Positions 39,901-53,401 of a DNA stretch of 64,000 nucleotides are shown piece by piece (the stretch's first letter is position 1; every line of letters begins with the position of its first letter). The stretch comes from Mytilus edulis (lineage: Eukaryota). The stretch spans positions 99,014,001-99,078,000 of the forward strand of contig NC_092345.1 in NCBI RefSeq assembly GCF_963676685.1, written 5' to 3'. A program made the translations under genes and the position numbers. Under the pieces are notes generated by a model, which was not told where the DNA came from, searched no databases, and saw only the letters and a program-made list of their open reading frames with translations.

Positions 39901-41159
39901 GGGAAAAATGGTTTAGAAAAAAAAAGTGAGGAAAAAAAATTTTGAGGACAAAAAATTTTGTGAAAAAAAAATTTGAGGAAAAAAAAATTTGTGAAAAAAA
40001 AAATTGAGAAAAAAAATTTTGAGGAAAAGAAATTTTGAGGAAATTAAAATTCAATTTGGACTTGTAATATTTTTCAAAATTTGAATTTCGAAAAAGGAAA
40101 AAGGTAAAAGGAAACAACTTGTGGTTGGTGTCTTACTTTCGAAAAGGAAAATACGGCCACAAATCCGAATTTTGAGCAAATATACAAAATTTCGACCTCA
40201 TTTTACTCAAAAAGTGGCACATGAAGGTATATTTTTATAACATATTTGATTTAATCAGGTAAAAAATAGTCCATATGGAAATTTCTATCAAAATGTAAAT
40301 ACGGGATCAAAACTGTATCGTATGCCCTTATCATTCGAAGAACTGGTAAATATTAAATTTATATTTTTACCATAATACCTTCTCTTTTCATTGAATTTGA
40401 TATCACTAAATAAGAATTTTTGTACTTAAAAACACAAACAGCACTACGGTGCCACCTTTTCGGGTCACCTGACAACACCTCGGTTTTTGGTTGTGTTCGT
40501 GTTTGCTCAATCGTTTGTTTCATGTTGTATTTTGTCGGCTTTTGTTCGTTATTTTTGTTGTTTTTAATCTTTTGCTATGACTTTGTCTGTTTGTCTTTAA
40601 GGGATATTCCTTTGGTATCTTTCGCCTCCCTTTTTGTACGGTAGAAAATTGAGGGAATCGACCTGTGTCTAATATTAAACGGATTTTTTATAGAGACTAT
40701 TTTTCAATGACTATTCGCAAAGAAATGTTTAATTACCTGCTTTCAAAGCGATAGCTACTTTATTTCCAATGTCTTCATGACCTAGAAATTAAAGAAAACA
40801 GAGATGAATGACTCCATCAACACCCTCGTGTAGTTAAGCCATAAGTACTGGTTTACATACATTTATAATGAAACATGATAATATACTGTGTGACTGTATG
40901 TTTATTGTATACTTTGCTTATTGAACAATGAAGCCCGTCAGATTTTTCAATCCTTAGTGGTTTCCAATATATTAGACAAAACTTGCATTTTACCTCTATG
41001 TTAAAATTTTAATCGAAGGCTGTGATGTTGGTAGGGAAATGTTTTGTTTTAGTTATCATATTTATCGACAAACAGCATTTTTATGAACGGTGAACAGAGT
41101 TGATAATTCTTTGAATTGAAAAAGACTTATCTCTTAAAATTTTACTTTGAGTTTCGTAA

Positions 41160-42800
41160 TGCCCGCGTCACACTGTCCCGATTTTTACGCGGATGGCAAC
41201 ACGATTATGGAAATTTTCAAAATCCGGACTGATCGTATCCAGATCGGGCTATTCGTAGTGCCATCTTTAACCATCGTAGAATCATCGGCCACTTTTTCTA
41301 GCCTTCGGGGACAACTTCGGGAAGGGTTCTAAATTTTTTAACATGTTAAAAAATACTCGAAGGTGCGTCCGATGTTGAGGGTTCGTATTGAGTTCGTATT
41401 ACCATCCTCACCATCGTAATGTCACCGGGAATGCATCTTTGAACATCGTATTGTATTCGTGTTTCCATCGTTTCCATCGGGCAGTTTTGACACTACGATG
41501 TCTACACGAATGAATCACGAAGCTACCCGAAGGTCTTACGATGGCAACACGACTTCGTGAAGACCTCGTAATCCCGTCGTGTTGCCATCGAATAAAAGTA
41601 CGAAGCCGACAAGATGGAACTACGACGGCAATAAATCAAGCTAAATGTAAGTTAATTTTCGCGCTAAAATACATTTAAAGTGCCATGCGTGATATGCACT
41701 GGTCAGTCTAGATCAGTCTAATACGACAGTTAAGAAAGACCTTCACAAACCATGGAGCTCATATCATATGATTCTATGAGAACAAGAAAGGCGACAGCGT
41801 TGTTTCTATTAATTCAAATGGAACAAGAAGAGCAGCTATTACAGGCTCAGGATTTACTTTTACGAGTAAAATATTATTGTTTGTCAATTTTTCATATCAA
41901 GTAACATAATGAAAATCATAAACGCGCCTCGTACACCAACACTGTAGGTACACGTATATAGGGAAACCAACTTTTTCTTCATTATTCTGATTTTTTATGT
42001 ATCGTCTGAGTTGTTGTCACACGAATGTTTACTCCATAACCATTTTGTTTTCTATATGTCATATTTTGCCGCATTTGTTGCTTTCCCCATATCCTTCCTT
42101 TTGTCTATATTATTATGATATTCTCCTGGAAAGAGCTCTTTTTGGATAAAAGGGATCAACGAACCCATTACCTTACCTTTAAGATAGATCAGTAAACATG
42201 GGCATAATTATGGGTGATTATTCAGACTAGTGCACACATTTTACAGTTCAAACAAGGCAATGCCGAGTGTGGCATCCCCTCGTATGTAAAATATTCCTCT
42301 TCCTCTCCCTGATTTTGGTGGCATTATATGCAGAGACATAGAGTCAAGTTTTACCCTTCAAGCCCACGGTCTTCCGTCTTATGATTAAACCAGAAATTAA
42401 ATGTACAATATAATATATATTCAATATTGATCAAACAATTTAAAAAGCGTGATGCCTTCGGCATATAATTTAAATGCATCGTAAGCTGTACACGACGTCT
42501 TTTAGACATCGTATGGCCATCGCGCCATCATCGTAATCCATCGTGTAACCTTCGTAATCCATCGTGTAGGCTTCGGCTGAGATATGAAGCTTAAATACCC
42601 GTCTTCGGTTAACCTTCGTATGTCCATCTTTTGCTATCGTATATAATTTCGGCACCATCGTATAAACTTCGTTATTCATCGTACTTGCTTCGATCACTTT
42701 TTGGTATTTTAACGAGATCGGGACCAACTTCGTACGAACTTACAATTTTCGCATTCGGGTGTCAATCGTATATAAAAATCGGGATAGTGTGACGCGGGCA
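41160..42800. mobile_element. Non-autonomous PIF/Harbinger element, 1641 bp
   Basis: 28-bp TIR tgcccgcgtcacactgtcccgattttta / taaaaatcgggatagtgtgacgcgggca (1 mismatch); TAA duplication at 41157-41159 and 42801-42803. Confidence 0.92.
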
Positions 42801-43666
42801 TAACCGAGGGTTAAAAAGAAGTTGAGCCACCTTTTTCTACTGCATTGCAATTCGTGTAAACAGTCCGAGTGTTTCTATAAATTCATTTTTGATTAAGTTA
42901 GCAATTTGAATGCTTAATAATTCTAATGAACTGCGCAGCCGCTACCGAGTAACAAAAGTTGTCCTCATCAAAATTCGTTCTTCTGTTAAAAAATATTTCT
43001 GGTACATATTTGAATATAAAAAAAAACATTTTCGGACGCATAAAATAATTATCTTCATCAGTCACTGTTCTAACACTGAAAGCAATTGATATCTCATGTG
43101 TATACTATACGTACTTCTGCAGAATACAAATCATATATTCAACCACCGGAGTAACCATGCAAGTTCAGAATTAACATACATTTGTCAGATTTCTGATAGA
43201 TTCTGATAAGACGAGAAAAATATAGAAATACACTACACTTTTATTTTTAGATAACATATTTAAGCTTCATTGTAAAATTTAGTTAAGTCCCTTTGAACAT
43301 TAACTTGATGATAAGTACTTTTTGTAAACAACGGGTTATACTAGTATATATATTTACTAGTGTTATTGGATTATATATATATGTATATTATATATAATCC
43401 AAAAACAATAGATATACAAACATCGGTTATGTAAATAAATGCATGTGTATCACTTGATTTTTTTCATACTTTTATGAGGTTTAAGTTAATTACACAAGAA
43501 AATTCTCATTACTTTTGTAAGTTGCAGGCGTTATGTAAATTGAATATCGACGAATAAATTGACCTGTTATACAATCTATACGATGATCATTATAAATAAT
43601 TAATTTCAGGCGTGTTCTCTATTTTTTTAAATAGAAAATGAAATAATTAAATAGATATGTATTTAC

Positions 43667-43712
43667 CTTTGATACTGTTCTGACCCGAAAGCTTGCCAGA
43701 ATGTGCTCCCAT
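43667..43712 (-). CDS. Paralogue 1 first coding exon (MGAHSGKLSGQNSIK)
   Basis: 46 nt ending AAAG|gtaaat; same length and phase as, and similar to, 58416-58461. Confidence 0.75.
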
Positions 43713-44322
43713 TTTTTATGTTTATATTTAGCAACGGTTATGTCCCTTAGACTGGTGTTCCACTGCCACTTTATAACGTAGTTTCAAAACAAATGGAAAG
43801 CGGTGGTTGTACGGCATGTTTAGGGAAAGTGCTGGTTGTACGGCATGTTTATGGAAAGTGCATGCTGGTTGTACGACATGTTTAGGAATCCAATACCTCA
43901 GATTCAGATAATACTTAATTTTTTGTTAATCCTTCTTTTTTTGAGCATTCATGAGAATGAATTCATTTTCACAACTATCCTTCATTAATTATAATGCTAA
44001 AATTCCGAAGTCTGAATGTGTCTCTAAGTTGTTTGATGACATGAAACATGAAGATCATATCTGGGAATCAGGATGTGAAAAAAAATATCTAAGAAGATGC
44101 AGTATCTCTCCAAAAGAGGCCTGGTAAATTCTCTCCAAAAGAGGTGTGGTAAAATTAGCTATATCTATAAATTGCAAACTTTAGAACATGACTTTTTGTA
44201 CCTTTAAATCATTTAATGTCATATGATACTTCAAATTACAATCATACATTGGAATATATGTCATGCGCCTGAAAATCTACGTTTTACCACATAACAAGTG
44301 TACGTGGACTTTCTTGTAAAAG

Positions 44323-44968
44323 ATAAAATTGAGAATGGAAATGGGGAATGTGTCAAAGAGACAACAACCCGACCAAATAAAAAACAACAGCAGAGGGTCA
44401 CCAACAGGTCTTCAATGTAGCGAGAAATTCCCGCACCCGGAGGCGTCCTTCAGCTGGCCCCTAAACAAATATATACTAGTCCAGTGATAATGAACGCCAT
44501 ACTAATTTCCAAATTGTACACAAGAAACTAAAATTAAAATAATACAAGACTAACAAAGGCCAGAGGCTCCTGACTTGGGACAGGCGCAAAAATGCGGCGG
44601 GGTTAAACATGTTTGTGAGATCTCAACCCCCCCCCCCCCCCCCCCTATACCTCTAACCAATGTAGTAAAGTAAACGCATAACAATACGCACATTAAAATT
44701 CAGTTCAAGAGAAATCCGAGTCTGATGTCAGAAGATGTAACCAAAGAAAATAAACAAAATGACAATAATACATAAATAACAACAGACTACTAGCAGTTAA
44801 CTGACATGCCAGCTCCAAACTTCAATTAAACTGACTGAAAGATTATGATTTCATCATATGAACATCAGGCACAATCCGTCCCGTTAGGGGTTTAGTATCA
44901 TACCATCATAACATATATGAGAAGAACATAACCCGTGTCATGCCAACAACTGTTTTTAGAATAAATGT
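44323..44968 (-). mobile_element. Solo 3' UTR module of the Naiad-type family
   Basis: Colinear reverse-complement match to 35395-36033; no coding sequence. Confidence 0.92.
44855..44919 (-). promoter_or_regulatory. SECIS element, second copy
   Basis: ATGAT-ggtatgat-act-AAA-cccctaacggg-acgg-attgtgcc-TGAT. Confidence 0.78.
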
Positions 44969-45129
44969 AAAAGAACATGCTTTACCTAATCAAAATCTTC
45001 ATAAGCTTTCTACTGTTAAATCATTGTCTTCCCGCACTCTAATTCGCTGATGTTTTTCGGTATGCAGTGATCTTACATTTTTTGTAACTACGAGACCTCT
45101 CGCAACCAAACAGTGCAAATACTCGTTGT

Positions 45130-45297
45130 GATCTATTATAGTGATGGTAAGTTTTTTTTAGATCAGCTTGGGCGTGCCCAGGTGATCTCAAATGACGACT
45201 TACGGGGAGGTCGGGCTTGCAGGTGTAGTCACTACGATGACCATTCATGCGTTTGTTGAATGGCTGTTCTGTCTCGCCAAAATACTGCATGTCACAG
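45130..45297 (-). mobile_element. GIY-YIG fragment of a canonical Penelope-like element
   Basis: CDMQYFGETEQPFNKRMNGHRSD...PVSRHLRSPGH. Confidence 0.8.
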
Positions 45298-45563
45298 TTA
45301 TTATATTTAACAAACCTGGTAAACTTTTAAATGAATATTTTTATTTCGAAAAAGATACAATAGAATGTGTTAACAATTATAAATATTTAGGTTTAAAATT
45401 TATATCTAGTAGTTCTACTCTATTACATATATATGACCATACAATAAAACCCATTTTAATGTATGGCAGTGAAATTACAGGTATGTTTAAAAATAGCTCT
45501 GCAGCATGGCAAAAAGAAAGTGAATATTTATTGCAGCACATTTATATGAATGATTTTTTTTAG
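45298..45563 (+). mobile_element. LINE RT C-terminal fragment
   Basis: IECVNNYKYLGL...IKPILMYGSEI. Confidence 0.7.
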
Positions 45564-46234
45564 ATAAAATGCCCCCATGAATTATGACAAATACAGCAAT
45601 TCTTTTGGATCGAAGCGCAAACTATTTACAATAACGTATTTAAATAGTTTTGGCTGAATTTAAATGATAATTTACTTATATGTCTTATGTCCTCTTATAT
45701 GTATAAAAAAAAAAGGCTTATACCACATTTTAGCATCGTTTGTTTACGTTTTCTTGTGATGATTTTCGGTTTTCCGTTAAATGCTGAAATTCTTACGTCA
45801 TCGTTCTATGACGTCGGGTAACTCATACATAAAAAATCATATGACATGGGAGTACGATCGGAACAGCCCAGGCAGTATATTCATATTTTACCACGGGTGT
45901 GTACTCAAAGCGTTTGAAGGGTATGAAAGGCCGATCATGTCAAAAACCCGATAAAGTAACGCGTTGACATTTAACACGTTAAAATCACATTTAACGCGAT
46001 AAATACAGTTTTAACGCGTTTAAATAATTTTGAATGCGTTATTTAATTGTTTAACGCGTTAAGGGGGCTCCTGGCTATAAATCAATTTTTTTTCTAATAT
46101 AGGATTTCGCTATATTTTTTTATTAATGAACTTTATCATATACTTAAAAGAAAAATGAAATAAAAAAATGGTGTCACCGTTCATTTAAGCTCACAATCTG
46201 CCTCCGAAAGAAGCATACATTTTTGTTAATGTCC

Positions 46235-47365
46235 TTTTTAGCTCACCTGGCCCACAGGGCCAAGTGAGCTTTTCCCATTACTTTGCGTCCGGCGTCCGTC
46301 GTCCGTCGTCGTTAACTTTTACAAAAATCTACTCCTCTGAAACTACTGGCCCAAATTAAACCAAACTTGGCCACAATCATCATTGGGGTATCTAGTTTAA
46401 AAAATGTGTTCGATGATCCGGCCAACCAACCAAGATGGCCGCCATGGCTAAAAATAGAACATAGGGGTAAAATGCAGTTTTTGGCTTATAACTCAAAAGC
46501 ATTTAGAGCAAATCTGACAGGGTAAAATTGTTTATCAGGTCAAGATCTATTTGCCCTGAAATTTTCAGATGAATCGAACAACCCGTTGTTGTGTTGCTGC
46601 CCCTAAATTGGTAATTTTAAGGAAATTTTACTGTTTTTTGTTATTATCTTAAATATTATTATAGATAGAGATAAACTGTTAACAACAATAATGTTCAGCA
46701 AAGTAAGATTTACAAATAAGTCAACATGACCGAAATGGTCAGTTGACCCCTTTAGGAGTAATTGTCCTTTATAGTCAATTTTTAACCATTTTTCGTAAAT
46801 CTTAGTAATCTTTTACAAAAATCTTCTCCTCTGAAACTACAAGTCCAAATTAATCCAAACTTTGCCACAATCATCTTTGGAGTATCTAGTTTTAAAAATG
46901 TGTCCGGTGACCCGGCCATCCAACCAAGATGGCCGCCATGATTAAAAATAGAACATAGCGGTAAAATGCAGTTTTTGGCTTATAACTAAAAAAACCAAAG
47001 CATTTAGAGCAAATCTGACAAGGGTAAAATTGTTTATCAGGTCAAGATCTATCTGTCTAAAAATTTTCAGATGAATCGGACAACCCGTTGTTGGGTTACT
47101 GCCCCTAAATTGGTAGTTTTAAGGAAATTTTACTGTTTTTGGTTATTATCTTGAATATTAATATAGATAAAGATAAACTGTTAACAGCAATAATGTTCAG
47201 CAAAGTTAGATTTACAAATAAGTCAACATGACCGAAATGGTCAGTTGACCCCTTTAGGAGTTATTGCCCTTTATAGTCAATTTTTAACCATTTTTCGTAA
47301 ATCTTAGTAATCTTTTACAAAAATCTTCTCCTCTGAAACTACTGGGCCAAATTAATCCAAACTTT
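46235..47365 (+). mobile_element. Helentron-associated (HINE/DINE-1-like) element with a tandem core of about 500 bp, truncated
   Basis: T-run, hairpin agctcac.tggccc/gggcca.gtgagct, (cgtc)n microsatellite, repeat starts at 46321, 46815 and 47317. Confidence 0.75.
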
Positions 47366-47929
47366 TGATGTTTTTAACGCGTTAAATATGCTTTAAACGC
47401 GTGAAAGTTGCATTAAACGCGTAAAAGATACATTTAACGCGTTAAAAATGTTTGTCACGCGTTAAAGTTGGATTTTTATACGCGGTAACCTTCTTTTAAC
47501 GCGTTAAACCCTCTTTTATCACGTCTCACGTATCAATCTGTGCCAAAAGTAAGAGGATGACTATTTGATATCCATTGGGGAAGGAGGATGTTATTCTGTT
47601 GTTATTCTTTATTTTTACTACTTACTAAGTCGGGTTTTTTCTTTTTCCGCGCAATCATTCATTTTCGTCATTTTTTACCTCTAAATACTGCGTTGTTCTG
47701 TAATATGGCATGTACGGAGAGCAGATTATTTATCCCCTCCCCCTAAAATGGGCGCTATTATTAGTGCCCTACCTGTAAAGCTGAAATAATCTGTCTCTCT
47801 GTCCGTCCGTTTTTCTGCCCGTTATCAGTCCTGAATTTTGTTCAAGGTTATGATTGTCTTTCTGATATTGTTTGACTGTAACCCCATTGTTTTATTTTGT
47901 ATTTACATTGAGTCATAGATCAAACTTAT

Positions 47930-48265
47930 TCGTGAAGTGATATGTCATTTGATTGAGTTAAGCCATTTCAGTTGATGTTTTAAAGTGTGTCTTTCTACGT
48001 TGTGATAATACACTATTGTTTCAAGTTGGATTAAGGTTGGTGCCTATTAAAACGTATAAACCCGCTGCATTTGTTTGCACCTGTCCTAAGTCAGGTACCT
48101 GGTACCGTGGTTGTCGTTTGTTGATGTGCTTCATAAGTGTTTCTCATTTTTTTTATATAGATTAGACGTTGGCTTTTCTGTTTGAATGGTTTCACCCTAA
48201 TCTTTTTTTGGAACCCTTTATACATTGCTGATCAGTGTGAGCCAAGGTTACACGTTGAAGGCTGT
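47930..48265 (+). mobile_element. Decayed family B element
   Basis: cccgctgca..tgcacctgtcctaagtcagg and gtgtgagccaagg..gttgaaggc shared with 26820-27202. Confidence 0.7.
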
Positions 48266-49007
48266 AATTCCCGAGTGTGCTAAAATGTTATAGTCTTCAT
48301 TGGTGTCATCTTCATGTGTTTGTGGTGGTATGTTTTCATTTGCAGCACTTGTTTTTGATAGTAAATCGCGTTAAGCGATGCATTCAGAGTCCATGTTGTT
48401 CAAGATAACTGTTACCATTAGGACATTAGAACTTGTATGGTTTTTAGTTAACAAACAGTGTTTGCTATTTTGAAATCTGGTTAGTTAAAGAGAATGGTTT
48501 AATCGTGAGAGGAAGACGCCATGTAATATCTTCATTATTCTCCTCGTCTGTAATGTCCAGGACACCACGATACTCCAAAAAAAAAAATACGAACAGATCA
48601 TGATAGTATTTTGTAAGTAGCATTATTCCATAACTCCATCCAACGATGTTTTATCGCGTTAAACGATGTTTTGTCGCGTTAAACGATGTTTTATCGCGTT
48701 AAATGATGTTTTAACGCGTTAAAGTAATGTATCGTAGCAACATAATTGTATTGAATTTAACGCGTAAATGTGATTCATTATGACACATGTGGCCAGTGCG
48801 ACGGGTATTTTATCGCGATAAACGTATTTTTTCACCTAAGGGTTAAATCCCATGCAAACTTGATAATTGTTAAGTTTAAAGCGTTAAATATATTGATTTC
48901 TTTACGCGTTCAAATCTTGTTTTAACGCGTTAAAACTGTATTCATCGCGTTAAATGTTAAGTTAACGCGTAACTTTATCGGGTTTTTTACATGATCGGCC
49001 TTTCATA

Positions 49008-49560
49008 GTTACATTACAAAATATCGTGTGCACAGACCCAGTGGAGTGGCAAGTAAATGTTTGAGTATTCAGTATTTGTTGGCAAGTTAGACATCGTCTG
49101 TTACCACATGACTTGCACCATCCTGTAGTTGAACAGCTTTTATTAGAGGAGACGTCAGCTCTCACAAATAAGTCTTTCAGACTTGCTGGTCTCCGAAAAG
49201 CTACAACAGGAGGATTGGGAAAGATTTTTGGATAATTTAAGTTGATTGGCACGGATCAAACATGAAAGGAAATCAAAGGCGGGATTGTATTTTAAAGCAA
49301 ATGGAACTATTTTGCTGCGCCTCTTCTTTTTGTACTGTAACAGGTCATTACGGCTGTTATTGTTAGCACGCGCAAACCCCTTACCACCTATGTCCCATTT
49401 CTTATAACCTCGTTTGGTTAAAAATCCGCGAAGTTCCTGTAACCGTTTAGTGACAGCCTCCTGAGAGGAGCACATCCGCTTTACTCTTAGAGCTTGACTG
49501 TACGGGATACTTTTTGTACAGTGTTTGGGGTGACAGCTCTGGGAAGAAGTTACTGATGTT
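49008..49560 (-). mobile_element. Canonical Penelope-like fragment (RT thumb + Cys linker)
   Basis: SIPYSQALRVKRMCS, FLTKRGY, PPVVAFRRP, CKSCGNRRCLTC..GSVHTIFCNVT; frameshifted. Confidence 0.85.
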
Positions 49561-49939
49561 TATTCAATATACATAAATAAAAAAAATGTAGTAAGGTATA
49601 CCGTTAAAATTGAGAAAGGAAATACTTTTTAAAAAACATTTTTTCTGTTGCTGTTCATAGTACGAAGAAGTGATTGTCATATCAAACACTTATCAAAGCT
49701 GGTATATAGACATTAAATAACAAAAAAACATTACAAATTGTATCAACAAGTCAAATTAACAATAAAGTACGATTACTGACAGCTAGTTAAAAGCCAAAAA
49801 CAATTAATGATAATAAAAAAAAATCAGAGACAAAAATCAACTAAACATATCCCAGAGATTTAGTATTTTAACGTCATGAACAGTCAAAGAAGACGACGTG
49901 TGCATTGATAACTATAAATGTATCGACAGGCAGTGAGAT

Positions 49940-50311
49940 AGTTACGAGTTTCCTCGCTTTTAGTACAATGTAACCGTAAAATTTAGGATGTGAAATACCG
50001 TATTTAATCAGTTTTCTACGGGTTCATCCAAATCTACTAATCAAATCTTGGTATCTATGAAAGAATTAAGTAAAAGTTTGAAGTTATTTATGATAACGAA
50101 ATCTCTGACATAATAATTTACCAGTGATGCATGGATAACGTTCGTTAAAATAAATGAAATCACTACACACATTGGCATAACGAACGAGTAGGGCTATATT
50201 AACACCATATATAGGAGCAAAAGGCACATCGCCGTCAAAAAAAGGAAAATTAACAATATTAGGGAATGAAGAATCGTCTCTTTTGTCGTAAATTTGTACT
50301 TCGTCGAACAT
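49940..50311 (-). mobile_element. Decayed Naiad-type RT C-terminal fragment
   Basis: IYDKRDDSSFPNIVNFPFFDGDVP..YGV..RFRYHK aligns to the 34505-35392 frame. Confidence 0.8.
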
Positions 50312-50396
50312 TTAAATTCTTGGTTCCCCTATACCCAATAAATCCACGAATACTGTATCACACGAATAACAATGAATCTCCAGTATTGCAAACCCG

Positions 50397-51451
50397 TCAA
50401 ATTAGACTGTGTTCAAAAGATTGTATGTCTTCTTCGTTGAAGTATTTTAAAACCAAATGTCGATACTGAATGAAGTCTATAATACGCGGAGGAAAACCTT
50501 CATGTTTGATGTAGTTGATATACAGTTGAAAACTAAGACCTAAATGATTTCTCAAGTGACGTCTGCACAAATCGGCCAATGTTCGTGGTTCGTAAAGCAC
50601 ATTGTGAATTTTGGCTAATATTTCTTCATCAACATTATTAATATCAATTGATAAAAGGAATCGTTTATCCTCATAACAGAAACAACTAAATGTCTCTAAT
50701 AGTAGAAGGGCGAGATCTTTTACTTCCGGTTTAATATAGCTAGGTCCATTCATGTTTGTACTCTGAATTAAAAGATACTGCAAAAGAGACGTGTCACCTG
50801 CCGGCATGCTTTCGAGGGCGTTACATGAAAGTAGTAAATAAAATATTTTTGCTCGGATGGTATTGTCCACAAGTCGGTATAAAAATCTCTCGTCAGCGAC
50901 TGGAAGTGCCCCGTTCAACAATAGTTTTACCAATACATCGTATCTTCTGGTGTTTAAAGCTACATAGAATGGTGTCTCGTTTAACATTATTCTATTCTGA
51001 GTGTTGCATTGGTTAACATTTGCTCTCGAGTATGTTAAATCGCTACTGGCTTTGTTAACATCGTGTCCTCTAGTGATAAGTGTTGCTATATTTTCAATTA
51101 CATGTTCATTTTCAATGATTATTGTCGAACTAATTGCAGACCAGGGACTATGAGCAGAACCAAGAGCAACGAAATGTTCCTGGCTTAAAAAGCTCGCAAT
51201 GTCGGTCAACTCGAGTTCTTCAGCCCATTTTAGTGCACTGTAACCGCCATACCTCAATCTACGTAACTCAGATCGTAATTCTTGTTCATTATGCATATCT
51301 AAACCTATGACAATGGTCTTTACTGCTCTTATGTTGTGATTTAAAACTGCCTCTATAAACCAACCGAGAATTTGCGTTTTGACCTGCCCTCTTTTGACAA
51401 ATCCTAATTTGACATATCGTTTCATGACAATATAGAAAATCTTACAATCCC
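50397..51451 (-). CDS. Paralogue 2 exon 3: ankyrin-like repeat and C-terminal SOCS box
   Basis: Acceptor ttttattttacag|GG; ETPFYVALNTRRYDVLVKLLLNGA; PRTLADLCRRHLR..FPPRIIDFI; TGA at 50397. Confidence 0.88.
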
Positions 51452-52696
51452 CTGTAAAATAAAACACATTGTTAAATACGATCCAACCTTTAATTCTGTA
51501 ACTGAGTTTTACAAACAAAGTTAAGCAGTGGCATGAATAATCGTGATGTCAGTTATAATATGATAATTTAAATATAAACATAACAAGGGTATCACTATAA
51601 CTTCCGGTAACTAGACGTTCAGTTAGCTATCCAACCAGGTTTAATCCATCATTTTCTACATAAGGAAATGCCTGTACCAAGTCGGGAATATGGCAGTTGT
51701 TTTCCATTTGTTTGATGTGTTTGAGATTTTGATTTTGCTATTTGATAAAGGGCTTTCCGTCTTAAATTTTCCTTATAGTTCGGTATTTTTGTTTTCTTAC
51801 TTTTTACTGCACCTGATTTCAAATAAATCTGTGAAGTTTTTTTTTCTTTTTAGATATAATGTTTAACAGGCATTTGCTATGAGTAACGAAAAATTCGTCT
51901 AATTCGGTTACATTTGAACAAAAACTGTAGGGGTGTGTGCGTTCACACGCTTTCCCAGAAAATGATAATGTAAAATTCCTATTTACATTGGGAAACCAAG
52001 GTAGACAATCAGATAACATATAAAACGGTGATTATATTATCTCAAATAAAAGACTTCATGTCAATGACGGGAAAAAAAGTCAACATTGCTAAACAATTAA
52101 AACTAAAAAAATATTGAAATGATGTTACAATGTTTGGACTACTCTCCAGGTAAACATGATTAACATAATGCGTGATTTACATATATCCTTATAATACCCC
52201 GAAATGACCTTGTTTAACAGACAAATGTTTTACTGGGATATTCTACTCTTAAACGGAATTTTTCATATTACGACAATTGCCATTAGTGGAGCAGTAATTG
52301 CTTGGTACCCCTTATGGAGGAACACACAAGCTGTTTTTAAAAGTGTTTATGGTTCGTGTTGCATTTGTTAAAAAATGCTTCGTTTTTATTTCGGATGATT
52401 TATTTTCAATGTCCGTGCTTGTTATATATGCAGAATACTCTTTAAATTTGTCCTCAAGATTGCCGGGGCTTTTATTTTAAATTTCCCATTCGATAATTAG
52501 GTTGAATGGTGTATACAAATATCATCATCGTTCGATATCAAAAACACATGCTAAAAAATCGTCCGTTTGATTGTGGAGGTCAAAATAGGGCGATTAAATC
52601 CAAAGACGATCGTTGAAATCTAGATATCTTTGTTTTTTTTTGTCGTTGGGTTGTTAGAGATTTAGGTTTCATACTTTAAATAAAGATACATGTTAC

Positions 52697-53401
52697 CTGA
52701 CTCAATTGCGTTGTCCAAATTGTTTAGGATATTTAATAATCGATCGTAATTCGACATATTGTTTTCTAAAATCTGGCCGTAGTTATCAGCAATAAATTCA
52801 AGACAACCATGAGCACAGGAACGAAGTGCTAGATTGTACAGCTCTTTCATTTTGCGGCAATCCGACTTCTCAAGCTGAATTTTTTCTGCTAAAACTTTAA
52901 AGACACCAAGTCTGTCTAATTCAATAGACTTGTGTAAATCGTATCCACATACTATGTAGTAGACTGATCCTGTGTCCAGTTGATCAATTAACTTCATAAC
53001 GTCATTCATTATTTCTGTATGGTTATGTATGAGAGCCAGATATAAGACCGACAACTTGTTCTTCAGTGTAAACCATGTATTGGAATACTTATCATTTTGT
53101 AAATACCAAGTAGACATTTCCTGAATCAATTTCTTTTTATTCATTATGACGGCCAAGTGAACCCAGTAGAAGCCACCGCAATCATTTTCAGGATACGACT
53201 TTGTAGCGCCATCTCCTAAAGAAACGTTCGATTCATGACTGCGCATATGAATACACTTTCCGGTTTTCAAACAACGACCAAGTTCCGATACCATGTCATC
53301 TGTTGTCATACTTGTTGTAGGGAGGCATGTTTCAAATTCATCAGCGCACGAACAGGTTACTGGAAAGCCTTTATATGTTTGCTTTGGGTCAATCCAAATC
53401 T
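52697..53401 (-). CDS. Paralogue 2 exon 2 (705 nt, degenerate ankyrin-like helices)
   Basis: tatttacag|AG acceptor, TCAG|gtaac donor, phase 1/1, open frame; VHLAVIMN, LYLALIHNHTEIM. Confidence 0.82.

Larger units (their letters stand above)
45922..49007. mobile_element. Non-autonomous TIR transposon with TAT...ATA termini and ttaacgcg subterminal repeats, carrying nested insertions
   Basis: TIR tatgaaaggccgatcatgt.aaaaacccgataaagt.acgcgtt at both ends; no TSD found; superfamily uncertain (termini fit TAY..RTA of IS3EU). Confidence 0.8.

Noticed and set aside
39122-40117. 331-aa Phe-rich membrane-like ORF
   Set aside because: Antisense of a 19-bp purine-rich repeat
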